From Octopus bimaculoides (Eukaryota), in NCBI RefSeq assembly GCF_001194135.2, contig NC_068990.1:81478373-81534195 (forward strand): DNA of 55,823 bases, written 5' to 3'. Below, piece by piece: positions 25,248-39,132 of the stretch. Position numbers and translations under genes: made by a program. The notes beneath the pieces are model-generated. The model was not told the DNA's origin, did not search any database, and saw only the letters and a program-made list of their open reading frames with translations. Position 1 is the first letter of the stretch. The number at the start of each line of letters is the position of its first letter.

Positions 25248-27862
25248 TATGAGTCTTTGTGTATGTATTTGTGAGTATGTGCATGTTCTTATTTTCATTC
25301 TTTAAAGCATTATTCTTATGTTTGTTGTAAACTATGTAACTATGATTCTAAGCATAAATGTTAAATTCCATTGTTTTGTACAATTTTAGGATATTAAGCA
25401 ATATAAATCTCCTAAATACGTTTTATTAAATCATGATTTTCATAAACGTATTTTAATGTTAGAGTATTCTTCCCTTAATGTATGAATTTTTATTCATCTA
25501 TTTTAGTATAATTTTTATGGTAAATTTGTATTTTTTAACACTTAACAGATTACAGCTACATTGGCTGATAATATTCTACCTGGTTCCTCTGCAAAGATGC
25601 CACTTTCTTTCAATGTCTTGTGTAAATAATCACTTGATGTGTTCTGATAAGGACTGGCCTACAAAGTGTAATGTTCTCAGGCTAGATATAAAAGCTTTAG
25701 TAATATTTCTTCAAAGATGCCCCAGTTACCTTGATAAATTAAAGAAATCAGCATCAGAGAAAAAGACAGGTAAAATAGTTGGTCATCACCTAAGGCAATA
25801 AAGATATTCTCACACACCTATCTTTTGCTATATTTTATTAAAATATAGGAATGAACGTTGCTATTTATGATTCCTACTACAGCATAACTACACTATAGAG
25901 TTGGCAATGTTGTTACTTCATTAATTCCAGAAGTATCAATGACAAAGCTTGGTTTAATAAGATATAGCCTGAAACAAAACAGAGCTCATTAGTGGCTCCT
26001 TATACCAACTAAATTTCTATATCTTTTCTTGTTATTTAATCATTAGTAGTGAAATTATTTATTATTTAGTTCCCTATTTATATTTAAATAATACTGACTA
26101 AAACTCACTTTCTATCAAGCCAGTTCTACAAACTGACAGAAGCCTTAGAAAATATAAATTTAAGTAATAATTGCTGTCTGTTCAGATTTGTTCTTCATTA
26201 TATTTCTGATTTGAGAAACTAGGGAGCCATATTTTTTAGATCAACATTTCAGTGGTTTTGATTATAATTAATGAAATTTTGTTTTATAATCTCAAGTGAA
26301 TTTAAAATAATGGAAATGTTTCAAACAAATATATATATAAAAAAATTCATATTTAGATATTTTTGATAATGTTTCATTAAATGTATATATTGTTTTTCAA
26401 AACACATTTCATTACAGAACATAACTTTTCAATGACTATTCTGTTTGTACTGTTATTAATCAGTCATTAGTTTTAATTACTTGCTCAAAGATATTGATAA
26501 TAAATCTGAAATTTTATTGATTATTGTATTTTTTTTTTCACTCCTATAATTTCACTTCAAATCTATATTATTTTATTTTCTTAAATTTTATCATGTGTGA
26601 AAGATTCAATCAAAAAGCTTAAAGGATCACTTGTGAACAATAATTTTTATTTCATTGTTATTATTACTGCTCTTATCTTTATTATTCCATTTAACATTTA
26701 CTGGTCTGCGATTTGTACAATTTAGACAAATCTGATTGGCCTCATCCATCATAAGTATTGCTAGATGCATCAAGAACTAGAATTGCATTGCTCAGAATCT
26801 CTAAACAGGGTGACAACAATTTGAGTTTTATGGGTTTTTTTTTTTATATATATTGCTCAATAACAAATATATTATATCTTTGGCATTTTGCTGCCAACTG
26901 ATCATTGCATCTCTTATATTGAAATTTAATTTTCTTGATTTATCTTGTGCAGTCTGACCTTAGATGAAACAAAATATATATGCATACACACACACACACA
27001 CACTCACACACACGTGTATATACAGCCGTATGCATGTATCCATGCACATGCATACATACATGCATGCATGCATGCATTCATGCACTGTTCCTACAGTTCT
27101 TTGGTTCTCTCTTAGCTTCTTAATTATTTTTATATCATTTTATTGTGACATTGGCACTAGAGAAGTTGTCTATGGTGAACCTAATGATCCGTTTTACCTT
27201 TCATTTGCTTATTCCCTCTTACAATTTGATTTAAAAAAAAAAAATTTATATTTCGATGCCCTTCATATCAACAATTGCATTGTATGTGTGTATTTGTGTT
27301 TATAGTTGGTATGTATGTGTGTACTTTTCCCAAACACAGCAAAAGCCCTTCAGAATCTGAGAAACACACCTATTTGGCTGCTTTGTGTCTGATCTGAACA
27401 AACATGCTTATAAAGTCAAAATATTAGCCTGTTTAGATAAACCATTATGAAACTATTTCAACCAAAAATTATTCTTTGTTCATGAAATTCACAATATTTG
27501 TATAGAGTATACAAGATAAAGATAATGAAGACACATGTCTTTCATTTTATGACACTTTCAATAGTTAAAACCTATTAATGTTAATATTTTAATTAGCTAT
27601 TTGTTGCTTCATCCACCTAATCTCTTGTTTGTATCATGTTTATATGATTATTTTCTAATTGGCTACATTAGGTACTTTTTTTTAATTTCTTTTTTAAGCT
27701 TTTAATTTTTAAGCTTGGAACGAAGTTTGAATGTTTTAATATACCGCAAATGAACTGAGTAGTATAAAGTAGCACACCAACACACTCCAACTTCTGGTCC
27801 ATAGATATGCTGTCTCTTCCCCACCTCCTGTCCCTCTCTGTTTTTCACCCCCACCCCCACCC

Positions 27863-27925
27863 NNNNNNNNNNNNNNNNNNNNNNNNNNNNNNNNNNNNNN
27901 NNNNNNNNNNNNNNNNNNNNNNNNN
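27863..27925. other. Assembly gap inside a (CCCCA)n-like C-rich tract
   Basis: N run flanked by CCCCACCCCCACCC and CCCCCACCC. Confidence 1.
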
Positions 27926-29539
27926 CCCCCACCCTCCTGCTGTAGCTTCTACTTTTTGGAGTTAAACTTGTGTTACCTCCACTCACTCACTCATTCATTC
28001 GTCTCACTCATCACACATATTGTGACCCCCCCCCCCATACTAATCATATCCTCCAGCCTTTTCACCTTGAGATGTCAGCCTGCTAGAATTACCTACAGGT
28101 TCACTATTTTCCTATCATCATCGACTTGCAACTATTCTCTAGCAACGTTAACTGCATTGATCTCACCAGTGTTAAAACAAGGACTGTAGATATCAGATGT
28201 AGCACCCTTTCCTCCTGACCCACCGAACTGAATGAAGTTTTAAAAGCATCTTCATCAATAAGAGTTTGACCATGATCAAGTGATGTCTAACAAAATAGAT
28301 TCCAATCCTAACTACCGAAATACAAGAATCAAATACAGAGCCAAATAAGCCAAGTATCTTCGATTCTGACTTTATTAAATTCATTACAGTTATTGTTACT
28401 TAATCTCAAATTGGCCCTGATTGAGCACACCTGTAATCAAAATCATTTCAGCCTCAACACTTACATGTATAACATAACCTCAACTACATTATCTAAGGTG
28501 TCATTTTTCTAAGGTAGCAGGGTGTAATGTGAGAATGATTTGACTGCTATTTCTGGCATATTGTATTAATACATGGTGGTTCATTTATTGGTTCATATCA
28601 AGAACTCTGAGACTGATGAAAGAAAAGCATGAAATCATTTTCTGATCAGATGCCTAGCTCAAATGCTTAGCAACCAAGAGATAATGGTTGAGAAAGCTTG
28701 AAAGACCTATGATTTAGTATCAATAGTCTCATGTATCAGCCTAAATGCTTCACTGTTTATTTGATCATAAATTATAGAAGTTTTATGAACAGAACTTTAC
28801 AATAAATATTTAGTTAAGTTTCAAACTTATTAAACAATTGAATTTAACTCACTGCTGAGAATCCATAATTTTATTTGGATTAAAAATTGAAAACAGAAAA
28901 AAAAAATTATAAATGAAATTAAACCCAATAGTTGTTACACTGTGAGGCTGGTCAATTGATCACATGGTCATAAATTCAGATCTTGCTTCAGTCATTGTCT
29001 AGTGCTTTTGAACAAGGTATAAACTCTGCTTGCTTGTGTTTGCCTGACTAAACTTCCTTCACAGTTGACTGGCTTGCAGTAGGAAAGGCATCCAGCTGTA
29101 TAAAATAAAGAAACAATTGCTCAAACAAATAAACCATCCCAAATCTGCAAGCATGGTAAAACAGATGGAAAACAATAAAAAAATAGAATAGGAAAACAAA
29201 AATTTAATTGATATTTATTGATAACAGCATATTTCTTTGGGCACAATTCAATCAAAAATATTTACTCAGGCATTCTAGTTATTTCATGTATGTTTATATA
29301 TAGTAGAATCAGTAGAGCATTTAACAATATTTGTTGTAATACTTTTGTTTTGAGTTCAAATCCCATTAGAGGCTACTTTGTTTTTTTACTTTTTTGTGAT
29401 CAACAAAAAAGAAAAACAAATAAGTACTGGACATCCATATAATAACTATGCCTTCCCCCTTTTATTTTTTATTTGTGTCTTTGTTAGAAATTTATATTTA
29501 TAATGATCTCGTGCAGTTTCTACTTTATGTTCTGGTGCA

Positions 29540-29590
<51 letters not shown>

Positions 29591-29752
29591 NNNNNNNNNN
29601 NNNNNNNNNNNNNNNNNNNNNNNNNNNNNNNNNNNNNNNNNNNNNNNNNNNNNNNNNNNNNNNNNNNNNNNNNNNNNNNNNNNNNNNNNNNNNNNNNNNN
29701 NNNNNNNNNNNNNNNNNNNNNNNNNNNNNNNNNNNNNNNNNNNNNNNNNNNN
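29591..29752. other. Assembly gap
   Basis: N run after (TA)n. Confidence 1.
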
Positions 29753-29843
29753 ATGATGTAGTAATACTAATAAAATAAACATTTCTAGGGAATAGTAATT
29801 TGTTTCATTTGAGGAAATCACTGTTGTTGTTGTTGTTATTGCT

Positions 29844-29900
<57 letters not shown>

Positions 29901-30911
29901 ATGTCTGCTTTCCAACCAAACCAAGCCCATCACTTGCAAATATATGCAACCTAGTTGCTTGTACCATTATAGTTGCTTTCATTATTGGTGCCTTATGCAG
30001 TCATCAACAAATAGAGACACTCTCAACTCTCACAATTTACTCAATGGAACATCAAGGATGTGAGAGCAAGAGGGAGCAAGCACTGGAATAATGTGAAATG
30101 AAAACCTTGCTCAAGGATGCAACATGCCACCCGATCCAAGAATTTAACTCTTGATCTTACGATTATGAGCCTTACACCCAATACACTAAGCTGTGTACTT
30201 CCACTGCACAACTAAGTACATGTCTGTGTACCTTGTATAGTTATTATTGAATGCAGTTTAAAATTTTAGCCAAGGTGCTATCAATGAGGTTGGTGTTTAT
30301 TACTTGTAGTATGGTTGTAAACACTGGGTGATTGTTTGGGATAAACTATAGAAGCACGGTAGAGCCCAAATGTACACAGAAATGAAACCCTTTTGCATGC
30401 ATTCACTCAATGGCTGAGTATAGCTGATTCCAGGATTTATGTGGTTATTATTACATTTAGGACATTATGATATGATATGAAGAAAATTTGGTTGCTATTT
30501 CTACAGGTTGAGTGAACACATAAAATAAATTCTTTTATTTACTTTCTTTATGTCTTGCCTAATCAGCTTTTATTTTTCTTTACTAGTTTCAGTTTGAGAG
30601 CTGCAGCCATTCTGGGGTAGCAAAAAGTTGTTCTACTACTTAACTGCTAGACTTCCACAGAGTCTTAACTAATTCAGTAGCAAACATGTGTTTCTGTGCA
30701 TGTGTACATATACATACTTATACAAAGGTGCACCTTAATGTATGCTCAAATTGTGCAATTCTAGGCCAGGATATTTGAATAAGAACAATATCTTAACCTT
30801 TATGTCACTAACCATTCTAATTTAATGCATAATCTTTTGTGCTATTAGCCATCTAAATATTATGTTACTTGCTTCGCTTACATAACTTGATGTCCTGACC
30901 AACACAGTAAA

Positions 30912-31055
30912 ATTGGCAGAATTGTTAGAGCATTGAATAGAATGCCTTGTGTATTTAATCTAGCTCCCTGCACTTTGAGTTCAAGGTCACCTTCGGTTTT
31001 CATCCTTTCAGGGTCATTTAATACTATAGTACCCCGTCAAGTACTAGAATTGATT
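30912..31055 (+). mobile_element. Family A SINE, decayed
   Basis: TGGCAGAATTGTTAG head, TTGAGTTCAAG, TTTTCATCCTTTCAGGGTC core. Confidence 0.65.
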
Positions 31056-31272
31056 CTTCTCTCTCTCTCTCTCTTTCTTTCTCTCAGAATTAGCCTGGTT
31101 GTGCTGAGTGAAGAGTCATGAGAAACTACTTACTACACACTTTTCTCAATAAATGGAGAAGGGTTGAGTGAGGGGCCATCAACTTTTCACTGAATATGCT
31201 AGGGGAACTGTTCACAAAGAGCCAGATGTGTAGTACAGTATGGAACAGAAATATAGAATTAAGAACGTGTGT

Positions 31273-31356
<84 letters not shown>

Positions 31357-31568
31357 ATGTGTGTTCCCGTTCAAGCATTTGAACAGTTTGGGGTAAAATG
31401 TTAACCTACAGCTGAAAAGTAAGTATCACTTTCTATTACATGATGGAGTGTTTTACTGTAGAATTTGACATCTATCTGTAATACCAGTTTCTCCTGAAAA
31501 AATTCTAGCAAATGTTCAAATATTTAGAAACATCCACACATACACACTTACTCTCCCTTTCTCTCTCC

Positions 31569-31627
<59 letters not shown>

Positions 31628-33724
31628 CATTCTTCAATCCATTTTTTTTGTTTTTCTAGCAGAGGTTGAATGATTTTTGCAAATTTAGATATTTGCACCT
31701 GAATTGTTAAAGCAAATAGTTTGGATGTTCTTCCTTCCATGAACTATTCAAAGATGAAGTGAATGTAGAGACTTAAATTTCATCTAGAATGACTAAAGAA
31801 GGATAACGCCTTGCCATAGGGTCTAAATACATATAACTGTTATCAATCATCAAATATTTTCACTGCATATTTAGCTTCTTAATTTCCTTTTTACTTTTAT
31901 AATTTTTTTTTTTGCATACTATGAAACAGTATATTTTGATCTTTCTAGTCATTTCATTATAGATGTATCTCACTATATTTTACTAGTGGGCATCGTAAAG
32001 TTAAGATAAAGTTTGAACAAACCATATCCATAACCAGTTTTGATTCCTGGTTGTTAGTGTTTCACTTCATTTATAACATTAACATGTTTGACATATACAA
32101 TTTCATTCTTTCTTCCTTGAAACTCAATAATACTGATTACAAGCCTCTCTACAGTCATTCAGCCTGCTGACCAAATAGAAGTCCTTGTTATATTTGTTGC
32201 CAACAAAAAGGTTTTGTTTTTTCATACAAAAGGCAGTGAGACATGAATAGTGAATAGAGAGGTTCTACAACAATTAGATGTGAAGTGAATGAATAAATAA
32301 TAATAATAAGTTGATATGGTACCTCTGGTAGATGTAGGCCAAGAAACACTTGAGAGAATATGGTTAAATCATATCTGAAAATATTGATTTTCACAAAAAC
32401 GATAGCTACCATAAGATGACATCAGATTACAATATATGTAGTTTAATGTTGTATTACAGACCTGTCTGTACCAGCATAGAATAAATGGATACTAAAACTA
32501 TGTGAAGAAAACAACTAGGTTATTATTATCAAGCATATAATAGATAACTTGATATTCTATTAATTGGGTTTACTTCTGGTTTAGCTATTATTCAAATTGA
32601 AATTAAAAATTTCATCCATCGCATTATATGGTTTTAGTTTTATTGAAACTGTGTTTAACTTTGGCTGTTTATTCATATTTACACAACAGATTCAGAATTC
32701 AGTCATAACGGCAAAAAATTATTCAAATACTGATTTTTCTTTTTTTGTTGGAAGCAAAGGTGGATTATATTTTTTAACAGTCTGTCCATACAACACATTG
32801 TTTCATTCACCACCAATACCACCAACCATGTTTTCTGGTGTCTTTCAATTCTTTTTGAAGCATACTATAAATGAGAAGGGCATGCTAGCTTCTCACTCAC
32901 ATCATCTCCATTTTCTGAAGGAAACGAACACTGTGAATGGTCCCCCCACAACCCTCTTAAAGTGTAGTATAGCTGATTCTCAGGAAGTGTGTACATGAGA
33001 AAGAGAGAAAGACAGAGGAGAAGTAGAATCTATTCTGGTATTTGAATGGTAAAAATGAAACATAGTTTTTTTGAATGATAAAAAAAAGCATAGTTTACCT
33101 TGACAAAATTTGGACTTGGAACAGTTACTGCAAGGCTCTGACAATTCTGCCAAACATTCACATTAAAATGTTATTTCGTTTTGAGAATAATTAAAATCTA
33201 TGATAATATTAGTCTCTGACATAACTATAGAAACACAAATTTTAGTGTTTGGATGAAATATGCATGTAGATCAGCCTAGTAGTTCACCAGTACTTATTTT
33301 TATCAAATCCCAAAAGTATAAAAAGAATTGTCTGGCAGGATTTGAACTGAGTTAATATTGTCTGTTCATCTTCTGGATAAGTAAATTTATAAAAGCACTT
33401 TACAAATGTTTGAATGATTTTACATAGATTGTTTCTTTTGCTTCAGGATAAAATGTAAATTATACCCTGAGAGTGGCATATTAAGTAGCAGTTGAAATAA
33501 AATTTTAGATATTTTACTTGCTACAAGTTACTGAAGTTTTAAGATATTTATGTCAGTTCTTTAAAACCCATCTTTATTTAGATGTAGGGAAATGAATTTT
33601 AGCTTTTGGGTGTTTAATCAGTTTTACTGAAAATATCACAGTTATTTATAAACATTATTAGTTATCACTATTTATGAATATATGCTTAGAAAACAATCAT
33701 ATGTACAAGGAAAATTATGTGTGT

Positions 33725-33828
<104 letters not shown>

Positions 33829-34137
33829 TCACACACACAGATCGAGAGAAAAACAGACATGAAAATTAATGTAAGATTGAATACAAAACTAAGTATAGCT
33901 GCAAATATAAAAAGTATTTGAAAGAAATACAAAGATAAAACCTATATATTCTAATTACATAAATGCTCTAACACATTAACACACTCATATATTTCATAGG
34001 TAGGTATTTTTGTTGTACTAAGTGAACACTGCAACCTACCAAAGATGGTAAATTTTCTTGTAATAATTCCATTTTTATATCATTGTCAACTGTCAAGAAT
34101 TTAAATCCACTGTTCTTGCAGTATCATGATATAGAAA

Positions 34138-34505
34138 TCTCTACCCTTGTTGTTATAGCACTATGTACTTTGACATAACAGTGCTGTCTCTCTTGGTGTA
34201 ACAGTGATAAATACCTTTGTGTTACAAAGGTAATAACCATCTTGATGGAGTGATAATTGCATTGGTGTTATAAAAACACCTATCTATGTTGTCATAGTAA
34301 TATGCATCTAGATATTATATATCAATCTTGGTATTATACTAATATCTGAATTAGTGTTACTGATATTGGCATTAGTATTATAGTGATATCAACTTAGGTT
34401 TTATAGTCATATCTACCTTGGTGTTATAGAGATTTATACATTGTTGTCAAAGTGACTGATTTCTATCTTCATGTTGCAATACATACCTTAGTGTTACGGT
34501 GATAC
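34138..34505. repeat. Old degenerate ~23-bp minisatellite (approx. TCTACCTTGGTGTTATAGTGATA), about 15 units
   Basis: Units such as TCTACCTTGGTGTTATAGAGA, TCAACTTAGGTTTTATAGTCATA and TACCTTAGTGTTACGGTGATA recur in register. Confidence 0.75.
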
Positions 34506-35052
34506 CTGACTTATTTTAATAAAATTAACATAAGACAACGAGAAAATCTCTGTATGACTGTTTGACCTGCAATAACTACCTAATTCTCTGATATTTTTCT
34601 TGAAGTGTGAATAAACTATTTTGTTTCTGCATATGCTATTTGCATATACAGATTTCTAGTATCTAATATTCTTTAATAGTATGGAATCGTACGGAAGAAG
34701 TGGAAGATGATGGGCAAAAGGTCATATGGTCTTTACATTCTGAGTTCAAACCTCACTAAGTGAATAAAATAATACCTGTCAAATATAAAAAGTGATATAA
34801 TTGGCTATACCTGTCCCCTCCTTGAATGTACACTGTTATGCCTTTGTCAGAAAAGAATCCCTTTTAATAATATATATTTACAAAATAACTTTCTGATATT
34901 TAAAATTCCTGTCTAAATGTTTGATTTGGATAGATTTGTTGCTAAATAACACACTTTATTTACTTTAAATGAATATCATTCACTGATATGTTCTGTATGG
35001 TTGTAGATATTTCTATATGCTTTAATTTTAATTTTGTTATATTCATGTGTGC

Positions 35053-35114
<62 letters not shown>

Positions 35115-36284
35115 TTATATATACATATATGTATGTATATTTTTTTTTAAACATACTGAATTGGATGTTTTACATGCCCCATCAGTGTTAGATTCTTTTA
35201 TCCTCACTCACTTAATTTGAATTTGAATTTTATTACATAATACTTCTTAGTTAATTCTTAACTATTAATCATCAGTCACCATCATCCAATTATTGTCCAT
35301 CCTATAAAAAAAATTAAGCTGACTCTTTCATTGCAGATAGAGCTTTACTCACTTAGCTTTAATCTATCTTTGAGATTCCCATTATATATACACAGGATGA
35401 ATATATTTGAATAAATATATTTAAATTTACAAGCATATATTCAGCTAAATTGTGAATTTTATTGATTTATATAAAACTTGGAAGAAATGTTATTGCATGC
35501 ACGATTATATTGGCTATGTTATTCAATGGAATTTTTTTTTTTATGTTAGTCACTGAATTTTAAATTAAGATAGAATTCATTTCAAAGATATTTACTTAAA
35601 GATTTTTATTTAAGAGAGCTAACTGAAAAATTATTCAAAATAGTTTTTTAAAACATGAATCTACTTTTCAAATTGTTTTGATTCGGTTTTTCATTTTAGT
35701 TAAAATTTCCATATCACACACTTTTAAAGCTCTGCTTCTTCATTCGTAATTCATTATAGAGAAAAATAGACAACCGATATCTTTCTTGTCGACTGAAACA
35801 ACACTGAGATATTTAATGGCCTTAGATTGAGAAGTACTTCTGATGAGTGTCTGTAGCTTGATCTCTTACCTCATTTAATACAACAACCTGGATGTTGTTT
35901 GCCTTTATCCAAATCTACTTTCTGCCAAAATTTGGGCTAGGTTTCCAATTTGAAGATAACTGCAAGCTCAGTTTCTTTACTTGTCATAAGCACTCCTCTT
36001 CTTCCTCTGGCTAAACCATAAAAATAACAATAACAGTTACAAGTACTCTTTTAGTTGTTATGAACTTTCAGAGAAACAAACAAGCTTGCTTGCAAATACA
36101 AATTTTGAACACTTCACCGGTTTGGAAGTTCAACTACGACATAACAGATGGATTTAGCTCCTCATAATCACCTTGTAAATACATTTCTTGTCACTTTGTG
36201 TGATGTCATGCCTGTGATTCATTGTTATTTGTGGTTTTTACAAATAAATTTTCAATCACCCTAAAATATCTTAGAAGCTTTAGA

Positions 36285-36890
36285 GTGGAGCCAGTGATGA
36301 TGGTGGTAGAAATATTGCAACGCTGTATTGGAAAGCAGGGTGGATATTATAAAGGGAATTGAAAGAAGTGAGAAAATGATAAACAGAACAGATGTGCTTG
36401 GGATGAATTGCTCTGCTGGTGCAACAATTTTAAAGAACAAATAGTGTATTATGTAACATCTAAAAGATTCTGTGCCTATATAATTCCGTGATAATTAGTA
36501 AGGAATGAAGGTCAGTGATGAAAGAAATAGAAAAACTGTGTGAATGGATGACAGCATCAACATAATGATGTCTTAATTACATTCAGAGAAAGTCATAACT
36601 CTTTTTGAAGATTTAAAGGTAAAAAAAATTAATAACATGTTGAGGAAGAAATATTTATTGTTGCCTGATTGATTTTACAGGCTTGTACAGCATAAGGGTA
36701 AGTGATGAAACTGTTAAAGCTAACATGGAAGTGATAGGTGAGTTTCATAAGTTACTATTGGAAATTATTGACGAAAAGGCGCTCTCTGTGTTAACTCTCA
36801 GAGTTGATGTTCAATGTCAATAAAGATAGAGTTGTAATAGAAAAATTTCTTGACTATACATACACTAAAATGAAAAATATATACCTAACT
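36285..36890 (+). mobile_element. Decayed Tigger/pogo-family transposase fragment (HTH-psq, CENP-B HTH, start of DDE)
   Basis: Manual translation across stops and frameshifts: RVDIIKGIERSEKMINRTDVLGMNCSAGATILKNK*CIM*HLKDSVPI / SVIISKE*RSVMKEIEKLCEWM / KVITLFEDLKVK / LYSIRVSDETVKANMEVIGEFHKLLLEIIDEKA / FNVN. These are collinear with Tigger motifs TILKNK, EMEKLL..W, EKA..L..DLK, LHN.KVSGEAASAD, L.EII.E and VFNVDETG as I recall them. Confidence 0.8.
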
Positions 36891-37077
36891 CCATTTTCTC
36901 TGCCAGAAGCACCGGTATTAGCAAGCAGGGTAATACCTGAATAAAGAAAGTATCGTAACATTATCAGATCTTCTGAAGATCTGGTGTTTCATTGGGATTA
37001 TGCAGTCATCTACATACTGATTAATACATGACATACTATTATTTGCTGTAAGTGTAAAGATTATGTAATCTATAAAG

Positions 37078-37436
37078 GGGCAGGTGTGGCTGTGTGGTAG
37101 GAAGTTTGCTTCCAAATGACTTGGCTCCAGGTTCAGTCCCAGTGTGTGGCACCTTGGGCAAGTGTCTTTTATTATAACCTCAGGCTAGCCAAAGCCTTGT
37201 AAGTGGATTTGGTGGACAGAAATTGAAAGGTGTGTGTGCCCCCTCTACCACAGCTTGACAACCAGTGTTAGTGTGTTTATTTCCCTGAAACTTAGCAGTT
37301 TGGTAAAAGAAACTGATAGAATAATTACCAGGCTTAAAAAATAAGTACTGGGGTTGATTCCTTCAACTAAAATTCTTCAAGGAAGTACCCCAGCATGGCC
37401 ACAACCATATGGCTGAAACAAGTAGAAGAATAAAAA
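37078..37436 (+). mobile_element. Family B SINE, full length
   Basis: A box TGGCTGTGTGG, B box GGTTCAGTCCC, GGCACCTTGGGCAAGTGTC, tail CCAGCATGGCCACA...GAAACAAGT. Confidence 0.9.
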
Positions 37437-38083
37437 AGTAATGAAAAGACAAAATTGCATTATTGAACATGCTTGGTACCGAATAGCAACAAAGTGAACC
37501 ATCAACTGGCTGCTAATATATGTGCGTATGTGTGTATATCCTTTGTTATACAATTTTCTTTATAATTTGCAATTTAACATTTTGATATTTTTTATCATTT
37601 TTTTTTTTTTTTGTTGAACATTAAAAGATGATGATGATGATGGCGACGATGACTCTTTGTATTTAGTTAGCTCTTTGCTTATTGGCAATATAATTTAGAA
37701 TTTCTGCAATGAAAGAGGCTGGTTTATGATAATGAGATTTTTTTTCCTTCTTCTTCTTTGGACTGGACAAATTAGCTGATGGTAACTTACAAACTGATGA
37801 TTCATTGTTAAGAATTCATTAACTAGGAAATATGAAATGATGAAATCTAAATTAAGCGGGTTTGGATTGGAAAATATAACATGGTTGAGTAAAAAAATAA
37901 TTAAAATATGATTAAGATCTATAGATATACTCTGTAGTACATACATAGCATAGAAACAAAACGCAGTTAATGCACCAGTAATTCATTAATTATAAGTGTT
38001 CTAAGTACAAAGATAGGTTCTCTAACATCTCACAAGCATTAGAAAACATTAAATCTATTTATATGGCAACAAAAAATCAATTT

Positions 38084-38336
38084 CCCTGCATGGATCTATA
38101 TGAAAACAGGAAATCTATTTTTTAGTATGGATCTTTATGAAAACATGAAATCCATTTTCATGTGTAGATCTACATAAAAACAAAAAATTTATATTCCAGT
38201 ATGGATCTATATGATAGCATAAAATCCATTTTCCACTATGGATCTATATTATAACATGAAATCGATATTCTTTTATGGATCTGCATAAAAACTTGAACTC
38301 TGTTTATCAGCATGAATCTATATGAAAAGTTTAAAT
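38084..38336. repeat. ~37-bp minisatellite, about 7 diverged units (approx. CAGTATGGATCTATATGAAAACATGAAATCCATTTTC)
   Basis: ATGGATCT core recurs at about 37-bp period with no spacers. Confidence 0.85.
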
Positions 38337-39025
38337 GAAGGTTTACATATTTGATGTTTGTGGATGTTAGAATTGGTAGAACCTTGGAGTAAAAATGCCT
38401 TGTATTTAATTATAAGATTTTAGGATGTGAGATGAAATCCCTACAAAATTAACTTTATCTTTTACCCCTCCAGAGTTAATAAGTACCAGTAATAAACTGA
38501 GAGTCAGACTATACTCATTTCTATAAATGTGCGGTTGTGTATAATATAAAACTTATATTTCATTAAACAAACCTATCTAGTTTTTGAAATAATGACTGAC
38601 AGCAGTAAAAGAATAAAAGAATTAAGCAAATGAAAGCCCATATGTACTCATATTGAGCTTGTACTCATACGTACTCGTATTGACTTCTAATCAACCTCCC
38701 ACTGAATGACTCCTGTTTATGTTATACTTTAGATTTTGAAGGGATTACACTTCCTGCCTGCATTTAAAAGTATGTGTTTTATGTATGCCAAAATCTTGGT
38801 ATTAGTAATCAACAAATAGTGCATGAACCAGTGATAGGATCAGTATTGTTTAAATATGTGATGAGAATCTAAAAATAGTCTTCACTGGTGACCACTATAA
38901 ATCTTTTTGTTAGTAAGTATGGATGATAATTTTGGACAGTTTGCTCTGATTTGAGATCATCACTGCAATTCATAAAATGGCTGTACTTCAGAATTTTATA
39001 TCTGTTATGGTAGGAAGATAAAGAG

Positions 39026-39073
<48 letters not shown>

Positions 39074-39083
39074 NNNNNNNNNN
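39074..39083. other. Assembly gap within (GA)n
   Basis: 10 N. Confidence 1.

Positions 39084-39132
<49 letters not shown>

Noticed and set aside
25478-25801. 107-aa ORF with nearby acceptor and donor motifs
   Set aside because: Composition is typical of translated AT-rich DNA, the other frames are interrupted by stops, and no family is recognisable.
28614-28640. Hammerhead-like CTGATGA...GAAA (also CTGAAGA...GAAA at about 16753)
   Set aside because: No stem II pairing between the core motifs and no flanking stems.
32597-32998. 133-aa ORF, and a 14-nt minus-strand micro-exon-like pattern at 32901-32914
   Set aside because: No recognisable domain, TTG start and no downstream donor. The micro-exon pattern is not frame-preserving and is expected by chance.
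35869-36010. Minus-strand exon-like segment ending in GAG|GTAAGA
   Set aside because: All three frames contain stops from the best acceptor.
38084-38336. CRISPR-like array (also 22540-22762)
   Set aside because: Contiguous diverged units with no unique spacers, a eukaryotic context and no cas genes.
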